A DNA stretch of 64,000 nucleotides. Origin: Clostridia bacterium (lineage in GTDB: Bacteria; Bacillota; Clostridia; Oscillospirales; CAG-272). The first letter of the stretch is position 1. Every line of letters starts with the position of its first letter. The position numbers and the translations under genes are program-made. Positions 26,920 to 37,600 of the stretch are shown in pieces. Location of the stretch: positions 529-64,528 of the forward strand of contig JAFVYY010000020.1 in NCBI GenBank assembly GCA_017508405.1. The letters run 5' to 3'. A model generated the notes under the pieces. The model did no database searches and was not told the origin of the DNA. It saw only the letters and a program-made list of their open reading frames with translations.

Positions 26920-29114
26920 TTTTGTTTTCTCCTTCTTGTAAGTCGCAGTGAGTTTAAGGATACTGAAATACTGCTCAGTATCATAGCAAAGGCAGCTATC
27001 ATAGGATTTATTGTAATTCCGAAAGGAATAAGCACGCCTGCAGCTATGGGTATCATAAATGAATTGTACAGAAAAGCAAGGAAAAGATTTTCCTTGATGA
27101 TCCTCATGGTTTTTTTGCTTGTGTCAATCAGCTTGGAGATTCCATTTATCGTAGGCCTTGTAAAAATAACGTCGGCGCAATCCATTGCGATGTCGGTGGC
27201 TCCGTGCATACTTATACTTATATCGGCAGAGGCAAGGGCGGCAGCATCGTTTATTCCGTCACCGACCATAGCTAATATTCTTCCGCTGTTTCTGAGCCTG
27301 ATAACAGTATCTACCTTATCCTTGGGCATGACCCCCGCAATAACAGTGTCTATGCCTAATTCATTTGCCACATGATTCGCTGTTTTTTCATTATCTCCTG
27401 TCAGCATTATTGTTTCTATTCCGGCATCATTGAGGGCTGTGATTTCCTTTGGCGCATCCTCTTTTATTACGTCACTTATGCCAAAAAGTGCCAGCACGTG
27501 GCCGTTTTCAATGAAATATACAATGCTTTCGCCTTTTGATGAAAGGGTTGTCTCCTCTTTTGAAAACGGATTTTTTATATTGTTTTCCAAAAGATATTTT
27601 CCGTTCACCATATGAAGGGGGACTCCCTTGTATGAGGCTGCGATTCCGTACCCCTCAAGAACGGTGAAATCAGACACGTCCTGCATGGAAATACAATTTT
27701 TAGAAGCATAATCCTTGAATGCATATGCTATGGGATGAGATGATTTTTGCTCTATGGAACACGCCTTTTTCATTAATTCATTAGTATCGTCTGTATTTGT
27801 GAATGAATGAGCAATGCTCATTTTTCCATAGGTAAGGGTGCCTGTTTTATCAAAAATCACTGTGTTAAGCTTCTGAGCATTTTCAAGGATTTCACTCTTT
27901 TTTATAAGAATTCCATCGGCAGCAAGCTCTCCTTCGCTTATTACTGTTGCAAGAGGTGTTGCAAGGCCGAGGGAACACGGACAGGCTACTACCAGAACTG
28001 TTATAAATCCGTGAACAGATGATGAGAGCCCCAAGCCCGAGGCAAGCTGGATTATAAACGTCAGAATAGCGATTATGGCAACCGTCGGGACAAAGAAAAG
28101 ACATATTTTATCAGCTGCCCTTGCAATGGGCGGCTTTGTACTTGAGGACTCGAGAACAAGACGCACAATTTCAGATACGGTAGAGTTTTTTCCTACCTTT
28201 TTTGCACGAATCTCTATATATCCGTTAGTGTTGATCGAGCCTGCGAGAACCATATCTCCGGGCTTTTTTAACGACGGCTTGCTTTCTCCGGTTATAAAAG
28301 CTTCGTCTACGTGGGCGGAGCCGATTACTATTTCTCCGTCAGCCGCTATCTTTTCACCTGGATGACAGGCTAAAATATCATTTTCCGTTATTTCGTCTAT
28401 CGAAACACGTTTTTCACCATGTTCGGTTTTTATGAAGGCAAAGGCAGGTGTGATTTGAACCAAAGCTGAAATAGCCTTTTTTGTTTTAGCCTTACTTTTT
28501 TTGTCTATAAGCTTTCCGAGCTTTACAAAATAGATTACCGCAGCCACGGATTCAAAGTAAACATCGGGGGGAGTGTCTGTTTTTCCAAAAACAAACAGAA
28601 GTGAAACAGCTACGCTGTATAGAAAAGCGGAGAATACGCCGAGGGTGACTAAGGAATCCATATTTGGAGTGATGTGGATTGCGTTTTTAACACCGCTTTT
28701 TAAAATATCGTATCCATAATAAAGGAACGGGACGGAGAGAACAAAGGATGCAGCGTAAAATACCGTTGCATTAGAGCTTACGTACGGAATACGAACCCCC
28801 AGCATGTGTCCCATAGATAGGAAAAGCACAAAAACAGCAAATACAGAAAAAATGGCAAACTGTTTTTTTGAAAGGGATGTGTCATTATCTTCGGTTTTGT
28901 CGTATTCTCCTATACATTCAAAGCCGGCTTCGGAAATGAAATCCGAAATGCTGCCGTATGAAAGTATGGAGCCGTCGTATTCTATCGTGGCACTTGCCAT
29001 TACGAGATTTACTGATGCGCTTATTATTCCGTTTTGCTTGTTCAAGTATTTTTCAAGTCCGCTCGAGCATGCAGAGCAGCTCATTCCACCTATACGTAAA
29101 ACCATCTTTTCCAT
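26916..29114 (-). CDS. copA: Copper-translocating P1B-type ATPase
   Basis: N-terminal HMA GMSCSACS, transmembrane CPCSLGLATP, DKTGTLT and GDGINDAAAL. Confidence 0.93.
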   Translation of the reverse strand: MEKMVLRIGGMSCSACSSGLEKYLNKQNGIISASVNLVMASATIEYDGSILSYGSISDFISEAGFECIGEYDKTEDNDTSLSKKQFAIFSVFAVFVLFLSMGHMLGVRIPYVSSNATVFYAASFVLSVPFLYYGYDILKSGVKNAIHITPNMDSLVTLGVFSAFLYSVAVSLLFVFGKTDTPPDVYFESVAAVIYFVKLGKLIDKKSKAKTKKAISALVQITPAFAFIKTEHGEKRVSIDEITENDILACHPGEKIAADGEIVIGSAHVDEAFITGESKPSLKKPGDMVLAGSINTNGYIEIRAKKVGKNSTVSEIVRLVLESSSTKPPIARAADKICLFFVPTVAIIAILTFIIQLASGLGLSSSVHGFITVLVVACPCSLGLATPLATVISEGELAADGILIKKSEILENAQKLNTVIFDKTGTLTYGKMSIAHSFTNTDDTNELMKKACSIEQKSSHPIAYAFKDYASKNCISMQDVSDFTVLEGYGIAASYKGVPLHMVNGKYLLENNIKNPFSKEETTLSSKGESIVYFIENGHVLALFGISDVIKEDAPKEITALNDAGIETIMLTGDNEKTANHVANELGIDTVIAGVMPKDKVDTVIRLRNSGRILAMVGDGINDAAALASADISISMHGATDIAMDCADVIFTRPTINGISKLIDTSKKTMRIIKENLFLAFLYNSFMIPIAAGVLIPFGITINPMIAAFAMILSSISVSLNSLRLTRRRKQK

Positions 29115-29139
29115 AGGCCTCCTCCTTTCCTTTTTTTAT

Positions 29140-29168
29140 ATTTTAGCAGAACATATTTGATTAGTCAA
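29140..29168 (-). promoter_or_regulatory. Sigma-A-type promoter for copA-copZ
   Basis: On the minus strand: TTGACT (29168-29163), 17-nt spacer, TAAAAT (29145-29140). Confidence 0.6.
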
Positions 29169-29246
29169 GAGATTGCAATTCAAAAAGTCAACATTATCAG
29201 ATAGATGCATATAACAAAAAATATAAACAAAAAGTTAGTATTTTAT

Positions 29247-29275
29247 TTGACATTTCGTTTCTTGTATGATATACT
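29247..29275 (+). promoter_or_regulatory. Sigma-A-type promoter for the DUF1846 gene
   Basis: TTGACA (29247-29252), 17-nt spacer, TATACT (29270-29275), with an extended -10 TG at 29267-29268. Confidence 0.7.
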
Positions 29276-29361
29276 ATTATCTGTTGATATATTATCATTA
29301 ACTGTATTCCTTTGATGGGGATACGGTTTTACTATTTCGTGTAAGATCAAAGGGGCATACA

Positions 29362-30846
29362 ATGTATAAAATAGGTTTTGACAATGATAAATATTTAAAA
29401 AAGCAGTCGGAGCAGATCAAGGAAAGAATTGCTAAGTTCGGCGGTAAGCTGTATCTTGAATTCGGTGGCAAGCTTTTCGATGATTTCCACGCTTCGAGAG
29501 TGCTTCCGGGCTTTGCTCCCGACAGCAAGATCAGAATGCTTGCAGAGCTTAAGGATCAGGCGGAAATTATTATCGTTATCAATGCTACGGATATTGAAAA
29601 GAATAAGGTAAGAGGCGATCTTGGAATTACGTATGATCTCGATGTTTTAAGACTTATTGATGCGTTCCGCGGCTTCGGCTTATTTGTGGGCAGTGTTGTT
29701 ATGACGAGATACGAGGCATCCGCACCTGTTGAAGCCTTTATTTCAAAGCTTCAGTCGCTGGGTATTAAGGTATATAAGCATTACGCTATTAAAAACTATC
29801 CTTACGATATTGACAGCATTGTAAGTGACGAGGGCTATGGAAAAAACGAATATATCGAAACGTCCCGTTCGCTCGTTGTCGTAACTGCTCCCGGACCCGG
29901 TAGCGGTAAAATGGCAACTTGTCTTTCACAGATTTATCATGAGCATAAAATGGGAATCAAGGCAGGATATGCAAAGTTTGAAACCTTCCCTATATGGAAT
30001 CTTCCTTTGAATCACCCTGTTAACGTAGCCTACGAGGCGGCAACAGCCGACTTGAACGATATAAATATGATAGACCCATTCCATCTTGAGGCTTATGGTA
30101 AAACTACCGTAAATTATAACAGAGACGTGGAAATATTTCCTGTTCTTCACGCTATGCTTGAGGGCATAATGGGTGAATGCCCATATAAGTCTCCTACGGA
30201 TATGGGAGTGAATATGGCTGGAGACTGCATTTTCGATGATGAAAACGTAAGAGCTGCGGCAAGAGGCGAGATCATAAGAAGATATTACAATGCCCTTTGT
30301 AATGCTCGTAAGGGAAATAACTGTGATGTTGAAATAAACAAGATAAAGATACTCATAAAGCAAATGGGTATAGATATAAAGGAGCGTAAATGCATACAGG
30401 CGGCTCTGGATAAAGCTGAAGCAACGGGAGCTCCCGCTGCTGCAATTGAGCTTTATGACGGAAGAGTCGTAACAGGTAAGACGTCTGCGCTTCTCGGCGC
30501 ATCAAGTGCGGTGCTTATCAACGCAGTTAAGGAAATTGCGGGAATAGATGATGAAATGAACATTATTTCTCATGAAATTCTTGAGCCGGTTCAAAAGCTC
30601 AAGGTGGAGAATCTCGGCAACCATAATCCAAGATTGCATACTGACGAGGTGCTTGTGGCTTTAGCCATCACAGCGGCAAGCAGTGATGTGGCAAAGAGAG
30701 CTATGGAAGCTCTTAAGCTTCTTAAGGGGGCAGAGCTTCACTCATCCGTTATTCTTTCTCCGGTTGACACAGCAACCTTCAGAAAGCTTGGAATAAATGT
30801 GACTTGTGAGCCTGTTTATCAGACCAAAAAGCTCTTTCACGGTTAA
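29362..30846 (+). CDS. DUF1846 (UPF0371) family protein
   Basis: 494 aa. The N-terminus KIGFDNDKYLKKQSEQIKERI...GGKLYLEFGGKLFDDFHASRVLPGF matches my memory of UPF0371. Confidence 0.8.
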   Translation: MYKIGFDNDKYLKKQSEQIKERIAKFGGKLYLEFGGKLFDDFHASRVLPGFAPDSKIRMLAELKDQAEIIIVINATDIEKNKVRGDLGITYDLDVLRLIDAFRGFGLFVGSVVMTRYEASAPVEAFISKLQSLGIKVYKHYAIKNYPYDIDSIVSDEGYGKNEYIETSRSLVVVTAPGPGSGKMATCLSQIYHEHKMGIKAGYAKFETFPIWNLPLNHPVNVAYEAATADLNDINMIDPFHLEAYGKTTVNYNRDVEIFPVLHAMLEGIMGECPYKSPTDMGVNMAGDCIFDDENVRAAARGEIIRRYYNALCNARKGNNCDVEINKIKILIKQMGIDIKERKCIQAALDKAEATGAPAAAIELYDGRVVTGKTSALLGASSAVLINAVKEIAGIDDEMNIISHEILEPVQKLKVENLGNHNPRLHTDEVLVALAITAASSDVAKRAMEALKLLKGAELHSSVILSPVDTATFRKLGINVTCEPVYQTKKLFHG

Positions 30847-30851
30847 AAAAC

Positions 30852-30890
30852 AGCAGGTATAAGGATGACGATCCTTATACCTGCTTTTTA
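30852..30890. terminator. Bidirectional rho-independent terminator (DUF1846 gene / recG)
   Basis: AGCAGGTATAAGGAT (30852-30866) pairs with ATCCTTATACCTGCT (30871-30885). An A-run lies before it and TTTTT after. Confidence 0.85.
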
Positions 30891-30916
30891 TGTTTTTATA
30901 ATGGAGTATATGATTT

Positions 30917-33052
30917 TTAGTTTATTGTTTTTAAATTTGAGCGTAGGCTGATATTAAGTCTTTCTCTCAGAAGAATGTTTTCTTCTTTTATAAGATATCT
31001 GTCGTCGTTTAAGATCTCACGTGCGCATTCAAATGCGGAGAGGAGAAGATCTGTGTCTGTGCAGGAGCTTGCAAGAGAAAAGTTCATTTGTCCGGACTGA
31101 CGTATAGAAGGGTCCTGAGAGAAAAAGTCACCCGGACCTCGCATCCTCAGGTCACGTTCCGCAATGGTGTATCCGTCGTATACAGTATGCATTATATCAA
31201 GACGCTCACGGGATTTTTCACCCTTTGACGATGAAACTAAAATACAGTACGATTTATCGGAGCCTCTGCCTACCCGTCCTCTTAACTGATGAAGCTGAGA
31301 CAGACCGAAGCGTTCGGCGTTTTCTACTATCATAAGGGTTGCGTTGGGCACGTTTACGCCAACCTCAATAACAGTTGTGGAAACCAGAACGTCAATTTTG
31401 CCCTCGGAGAAATCCATCATAATTTTATCCTTTTCCTTGCCTTTAAGCTTCCCGTGAATAAATTCTACGCTTAAATCAGGAAAAATGCTTTCCTTTAGCT
31501 CCTTTGCGTAGGGAACAGCAGCCTTTAATTGTGTCCCATCGCATTCGTTGTCGTGTATTATGAATGGATTGTAATCGAAGAAATCAAGGACGTCCTCGCT
31601 CTTTTCCTCGACAGATGGACAAACGATGTATACTTGATGCCCCTCATTGACTTGCTTGCGAATGAAAGAATTAAGTCTGTCACGGTAGCTTTCATCCACG
31701 ACAAAGGTGTCAACACGTTTTCTGCCCGGAGGCATCATATCAATAAGTGAGATATCCAGGTCACCGTAGATCATAAGGGACAGGGTTCTTGGAATGGGTG
31801 TTGCACTCATTACAAGAACATGGGCATTTTTGCTTTTTTGAGCGAGACGGGCTCTTTGCCGTACTCCGAATCTGTGCTGCTCATCGGTGATGACAAGGCC
31901 TAACTTTGAAAATTCCACAGTATCCTGTATAAGAGCGTGAGTGCCGATTACAAAATCGATTTCTCCCCGCTTCAGCTTTTCCAGAATGCAACGCTTTTCT
32001 TTTGCCGGAGTGGAGCCCGTAAGAAGCTCACACGTGTATCCGAGACGGTGAAAATCCTCTTTCATAGAGTTGTAATGCTGTACCGCAAGGATTTCCGTAG
32101 GCACCATCATAGCAGCTTGATAACCGTTTTTACATACAGTGTAGGCAGCAATAGCAGCGCAAACGGTTTTTCCGCTGCCAACGTCACCGACAACGATTCG
32201 ATTCATCGCTTTGACGTATTCACCCTCACTGCCGGAAAGATCGGTAAGTATTTCGCCGATTGCTCTCGCCTGAGCATCGGTGAGCTCATACGGAAGCATA
32301 TTGAGATATTTTGAAATATCTGTATCTGACATTTTTGGAGCTTCAAATACGTTTGCCGAGCTTTTTATCATGGAAACCGATGTGGCAAACAAAAAAAGCT
32401 CATCAAATGAAAGACGCCGTATAGCAGCATTCAGCGTGTTTTCGTCGGGGGGAGTGTGGATATTTTTCAAGGCAAAGGGAAGAGAACAGAGATTCATTCT
32501 GTTAAGGATGCTTTCCGGAAGAAATTCTTTTGATATGGAATCAATATTATCCGTAACCTCGGAAATCAGTTTACTTATAAGCTTTTGATTTATACCGTTA
32601 AAAAGAGGATAAACCGGAACTAAGGGAGGAAGGCTTTTTTTCGGAAGTATAGGTTCGTATGCGGGGGAGGTCATGGAAGGAGTTTTTTTGTCTCTTGACA
32701 GCTTTCCGAAAAATCTGAACGTAGATCCTATTTTAAATACGTCCTTAAGGTAATTCTGGTTGAAATAAGTTATATTTACGCTTCCACTTTCGTCAAACGC
32801 CTTGAATTTAAGAAGCGTCATCCCTCGTTTTATCATTGCAACCTTAGGCTCGCTTCCTACGGTCAAAATATATGAATGAGGGTAAAGGTCAAAGGGAGTG
32901 TCGGAAATTTTAAAAACGTCACCTCTGTTTTGGTATGCTCTCGGAAAGTAATAAAGAAGGTCGCCTAACGTGCATATTCCGTTTTCGTTGAACCGTTTTT
33001 CGTACGTTGCTCCAACACCGTGCAAAATACTTATTTTGTCGTTAAAATTCAT
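30917..33052 (-). CDS. recG: ATP-dependent DNA helicase RecG
   Basis: 711 aa. N-terminal ILHGVGATYEKRF...LLYYFPRAY, GDVGSGKT, DEQHRFGV and QLRGRVGRG. Confidence 0.93.
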   Translation of the reverse strand: MNFNDKISILHGVGATYEKRFNENGICTLGDLLYYFPRAYQNRGDVFKISDTPFDLYPHSYILTVGSEPKVAMIKRGMTLLKFKAFDESGSVNITYFNQNYLKDVFKIGSTFRFFGKLSRDKKTPSMTSPAYEPILPKKSLPPLVPVYPLFNGINQKLISKLISEVTDNIDSISKEFLPESILNRMNLCSLPFALKNIHTPPDENTLNAAIRRLSFDELFLFATSVSMIKSSANVFEAPKMSDTDISKYLNMLPYELTDAQARAIGEILTDLSGSEGEYVKAMNRIVVGDVGSGKTVCAAIAAYTVCKNGYQAAMMVPTEILAVQHYNSMKEDFHRLGYTCELLTGSTPAKEKRCILEKLKRGEIDFVIGTHALIQDTVEFSKLGLVITDEQHRFGVRQRARLAQKSKNAHVLVMSATPIPRTLSLMIYGDLDISLIDMMPPGRKRVDTFVVDESYRDRLNSFIRKQVNEGHQVYIVCPSVEEKSEDVLDFFDYNPFIIHDNECDGTQLKAAVPYAKELKESIFPDLSVEFIHGKLKGKEKDKIMMDFSEGKIDVLVSTTVIEVGVNVPNATLMIVENAERFGLSQLHQLRGRVGRGSDKSYCILVSSSKGEKSRERLDIMHTVYDGYTIAERDLRMRGPGDFFSQDPSIRQSGQMNFSLASSCTDTDLLLSAFECAREILNDDRYLIKEENILLRERLNISLRSNLKTIN

Positions 33053-33115
33053 ATACGTACCTCCTTTTTCCGTATTTTTAACTTCAAATTCAGATTTTAT
33101 TGCGTATAAATCAGA

Positions 33116-33146
33116 AGAGGAACAAACCTATTAAGCTTGTTCCTCT
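33116..33146 (-). terminator. Putative terminator of glcK
   Basis: AGAGGAACAA (33116-33125) pairs with TTGTTCCTCT (33137-33146). The U-tract on the minus strand is weak. Confidence 0.45.
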
Positions 33147-33180
33147 TTTGTAATTTATAAACGAATATGTAATTTACGCA

Positions 33181-34143
33181 TCAAATACCGAGAACGGCAG
33201 CACCGAGAATGCCTGCATCGTTACCAAGCTCAGCGATCTTGATCTGTGTTGCTGCGCTTTCGCCGTTTCCGTAGGTTTCCTTTCTTACCTTTTCGCAAAG
33301 GGGCTTCAGAAGATAATCCTTTTCGTTACATACTCCGCCACCGATGGAAAGAACGTTGGGCTGGAAGATATTTATCATTGTTGCAACGCCTGATGCGAGA
33401 TAATCAATGTATTCATCAACTATTTCGGCGCCAACCTTGTCACCCTGCTTCATAGCTGCAAACGCAACTCTTGCATTAACGGCATTGAGATCTCCGTTTA
33501 TCATATCTTCAATAATAGATTTCTCGCCGTTTTCTCTTGCTTTGATAAGGTGCTCCTTTGTCATGTTAACAAGACCTGTTGCGGAGCTGTATGTTTCCCA
33601 ACAGCCCTTTCTTCCGCATGTGCACTGCTTACCACCCTTTTGAATTACAACGTGACCAAGCTCTGCTCCTGCGTGATTGAATCCGGAGTATACCTTGCCG
33701 TCAAGAACGATGCCACCGCCAAGACCTGTACCAAGTGTTATCATTACAGAATATTTTGCGCCTTTGGCTGCGCCTACAATAGCTTCTGCCTTTGCAGCTG
33801 CATTGGCGTCGTTTTCTATATATACCTTTTCAATTCCCAAATATTCCTTTAAAAGGTCGGCGATAGGGAAATTGTTAAAAGGAAGATTGTTTGCATACAC
33901 AACAACTCCCGTATCGGAATCAGCAGTACCGGGTGTAGCAATACCCGCATATGCGAAATCCTTTAAAGTAAGTCCCGCATTTGCAATCAGCTTTTTACAA
34001 AGTTCTGCCATATCCTTGATGATAAGCTTACCGTCTCGATTTGCAAGGGTCGGAACACTACCCTTTGAGATGATCTCATACTTTTCGTTTACGATGCCTG
34101 CGGCGATGTTAGTTCCGCCAAGGTCAATACCCAAATAATACAT
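33181..34143 (-). CDS. glcK: ROK-family glucokinase
   Basis: YYLGIDLGGTNIAAGIV, the Zn motif HVVIQKGGKQCTCGRKGCWETY and IGGGV. Confidence 0.88.
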   Translation of the reverse strand: MYYLGIDLGGTNIAAGIVNEKYEIISKGSVPTLANRDGKLIIKDMAELCKKLIANAGLTLKDFAYAGIATPGTADSDTGVVVYANNLPFNNFPIADLLKEYLGIEKVYIENDANAAAKAEAIVGAAKGAKYSVMITLGTGLGGGIVLDGKVYSGFNHAGAELGHVVIQKGGKQCTCGRKGCWETYSSATGLVNMTKEHLIKARENGEKSIIEDMINGDLNAVNARVAFAAMKQGDKVGAEIVDEYIDYLASGVATMINIFQPNVLSIGGGVCNEKDYLLKPLCEKVRKETYGNGESAATQIKIAELGNDAGILGAAVLGI

Positions 34144-34196
34144 AAATTCAGCCTTTCCGGCAAAACTGGGAATGTTTGTGTGTTTTGCTCCTTTTT

Positions 34197-34225
34197 ATTA
34201 TAAAATATTAAGGTTGAATTGTCAA
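34197..34225 (-). promoter_or_regulatory. Consensus sigma-A promoter for glcK
   Basis: On the minus strand: TTGACA (34225-34220), 17-nt spacer, TATAAT (34202-34197). Both hexamers match the consensus perfectly. Confidence 0.7.
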
Positions 34226-34382
34226 GATAGTATTTCAAAAATATTAAATTTAAGTTTATTTTCACGCAACCGTCAAAAAATCTACATATTTTTTTTATGT
34301 CAAAAAATCGAACCGTAAATTGTGCATGTTGCACAACGTGAAAAAATAAAAAAATTTATAAAAATTTATCATCAAACGGCTT

Positions 34383-34429
34383 GACAAGAAATAAATGACT
34401 GTAAATCAAGGACTTTTTCGACAAGAAAT
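34383..34429 (+). repeat. 10-bp direct repeat GACAAGAAAT, two copies, in the long AT-rich intergenic region
   Basis: Copies at 34383-34392 and 34420-34429, start positions 37 bp apart. Confidence 0.5.
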
Positions 34430-34548
34430 CCTTTTCACTCAAAGGAATGCTGCAGGGTAAGTTAACAATTTATTCATAAATAGGGCCTGTATGTCCAATG
34501 ATTGCGAAATTTTTTTTCCTACTTATAATTAATATAGAAAAAGCGTTC

Positions 34549-34577
34549 TTGACTTTGGACATGATTTATGATAAAAT
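34549..34577 (+). promoter_or_regulatory. Sigma-A-type promoter of the seven-gene transport locus
   Basis: TTGACT (34549-34554), 17-nt spacer, TAAAAT (34572-34577), with an extended -10 TG at 34569-34570. Confidence 0.6.
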
Positions 34578-34620
34578 GGATTCACAAAAGGTTATATTTG
34601 TGCATAATCACATATATCCG

Positions 34621-34641
34621 ATCCCGCCCAACCGGCGGGAT
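34621..34641 (+). other. GC-rich stem-loop in the predicted 5' leader of the locus
   Basis: ATCCCGCC (34621-34628) pairs with GGCGGGAT (34634-34641). No U-tract follows. It ends 14 nt upstream of the RBS. Confidence 0.45.
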
Positions 34642-34667
34642 ATTACTTGCAAAATGGAGGAATTCTT

Positions 34668-37600
34668 ATGAAAGCAAAAGCAAGAAAAGCGCTGGCGTTA
34701 TTCCTTTGTATCGTTATGCTCGTCGGTACAATGATAACGGCAGTATCCGCTGCTTCCGCTGGTACCAGTGGGAATAAGGGTGGAACGACATCGATTGATG
34801 ACGTTACCGATATCCTTAACGCAATATCCTACTCAAAGTACTATGCAAAGTATGCGAATGTCAAGAAGGGTGAGGGAACGATAGTAATTCCCGCTCTCAA
34901 CTATGACAAGGACAACACTACGGCGGCTGTTACTGAAAAAGACGGCCATTACGGTGTTGACGATGCATTACTCATTCCCGAAGTAGGAAAAGTAAGCTGG
35001 ACCTTCGACGTCCCGTCCAACGCTCTTTACACTATTGAAATCGAGTACTGCCAGAACGACGGCGGTAAGAAAACTTCAATTGAAAGAGCCTTTTATCTTA
35101 ACGGAGAAGTTCCCTTTTCCGGCGCTCGTTCCGTAATTCTTACTAAAACATGGAAGTACGACTACGTTATTGAAAACGGTAAGGAATCATTTAAGCATGA
35201 CGGAAAAGAAGACAGTGATGAAAGAGGAAATGATATTCGTCCCGGTATGTCAGCTGATCCTAAGTGGACAACGTACGCAATTTCAGATGCTAACGGATAT
35301 TACAACGATCCTTTCCAGTTCTATTTCAAGGCGGGAAAGAACACTATAACTCTTGAGGGCTCAAGAGAGTCTGTTGTAATCAAGTCCATTAAGCTCGTTC
35401 CCGCAGAGGACAATATTTCATATGAGGAATACCGTAAGCTTTATACTGATAACGCTAATGGCGTAATCGGTAAAGTAGAGGCTGAGAATCCTGTGAATGT
35501 ATCCCACGTTACCGTATACCCCGTTTATGACAGAACTTCCTGTATCACAAGCGGACTTACAGGTGAACAGTCTGCTAAGGTTACAAAGTACAACACTATA
35601 GGCGGTACACAGTGGCAGAATGTAGGCGAGTGGGTTGAATACGTTGTTGAGGTTCCAAAGGGAGCGGCAGGTTATTACAACATTCCTGTTCGTTATAAGC
35701 AGAACTTGCTCAGCGGTATGTTCGTGTCAAGAAGAGTTTATATTGACGGCTCGGTTCCTTTCGAAGAAGCAAATTACTGTAACTTCAATTTCAGCGAGGA
35801 CTGGGAGGTAAGAAATCTCGGTAACGGCGACACGGATTATCAATTCTATCTTTCTGAGGGCAAGCACGTCATAAGACTTGAGGTTGTTCTCGGCGATATG
35901 GGACAGCAGATAGAGCAGGTTAGTGAATCACTTACAGTAATCAATAACTGCTATCTTGAAATACTCAAGCTTACAGGTAGTACACCTGACGAAGACCGTA
36001 CATACGGCTTCTCAAGAGTAATGCCCGACGTAATTACATCTTTGCTTGAGGAATCAATCAGACTTAAGGGAGTGTACAACTACCTTACCGAGAAGACAGG
36101 ACTTAAGGGTCAGCAGACAGCTACACTTGAGCAGATCTTCAATCTTCTCCACAAGATGGCAAGCGACGAAACTGAAATTGCTAAAAATCTTGAAACACTT
36201 AAGTCTCAGATCGGTAACCTCGGAACATGGGTAAATACAGCTAAAACTCAGCCCCTTCAGGTTGACTATATACAGGTACAGAGTCCCAGTGAGGAAGCAC
36301 CTAAGAGCGAAGGTAACTTCTTCCAGTCACTTTGGTATGAGATTAAGCTTTTCTTTTATAGCTTTATAGTAGATTACAATGCACTTGGCGATTCCGACAA
36401 GGTTGGCGGAGAGCCTGTAGAGGTTTGGATCACAACAGTTGCAAATACAACAGGTCGTGACCAGGCACAGATCGTAAGAACCCTCATTGAAAACGAGTTT
36501 ACACCTAAGACAGGCATAAATGCGAACATCAAGCTTGTAGCTTCCGGAACACTTCTTCCCTCAGTTCTTGCGGGAGTTGGTCCTGACGTATCCTTGTACG
36601 AAGGCAGCACGTCAATTATTGACTATGCTATCCGTGGAGCGGCAATGCCTCTTAACGAATTTGTTAAGCAGGATCCCGATGTTCTCAGCAGATTCCCTGC
36701 AGCAGCTGTTGAGCCTTTGACACTTTACAGCTACACACATGATGAAGACACTGATACATATCTTAAGGAAGAGATCCTTTACGGTCTTCCCGACAAGATG
36801 GACTTTTCAATGATGTTCTATCGCAAGGATATCCTTTCAGACCTCGGTCTTGAAATTCCCAAAACATGGGACGATCTTCTTGCTATGATCCCCGTACTTC
36901 AGTATAACAACATGGAAATCGGTATCCAGAAGGATATTTACACGTTTATTCACCAGAGTAACAATGTTGTATACGATAACGGCGGTATGGAAATCAACTT
37001 TGATAACACAGGCGTTCTTAAGGCATTTACAAAGCTCTGTAATATGTTTACACAGTACTCATTGCCTTATCAGTACGACTTTGCTAACCGTTTCAGAACA
37101 GGTGAAATGCCTATCGGTATTGCATCCTACGGTATGTGTAACCAGCTTGAAGTATTCGCAACGGAAATTTCAGGTCTTTGGGGCTTCGTTCCGCTTCCCG
37201 GTTACGCTTACACCGATGACAATGGTAACATTGTAGAAATCAACAACACTTCCAACGCAGGCGTTTCCGGATGCTTGATGCTTAGAGGATGCGATAATCC
37301 TTCTAATGCTTGGGAGTTTATGAAGTGGTATACAGACAAAGATTATCAGGCTGAATACTCTAACGAAATCGTTGCTCTTATGGGTATTTCCGCAAGACCT
37401 TTGATCGCTAACATTGAAGCTATTTACGAGCTTCCTTGGACAAACGAAGAGGCTGCGAACATAAGCGCACAGATGCAGAATCTTAAGGGCGTTCCCAGCC
37501 ATCCCGGAAGCTATTATCTCCAGAGATATATAGATTTCGCGTTTCTTGCTGCATATAACAACGGAGTGGATCCTGCAGACGCTATGTTGAGCTATGTTAA

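Noticed and set aside
29115-29246. CsoR or CopY operator upstream of copA-copZ
   Set aside because: I found only a trivial 8-bp palindrome (ATTGCAAT). There is no TACAnnTGTA box and no GC-rich CsoR-type inverted repeat. No regulator gene is adjacent.
34568-34777. 69-aa ORF, and the TTG start at 34647 given for the binding protein
   Set aside because: The ATG at 34668 has a GGAGGA RBS at ideal spacing and begins a canonical signal peptide. The upstream starts lie in the leader and have no RBS.
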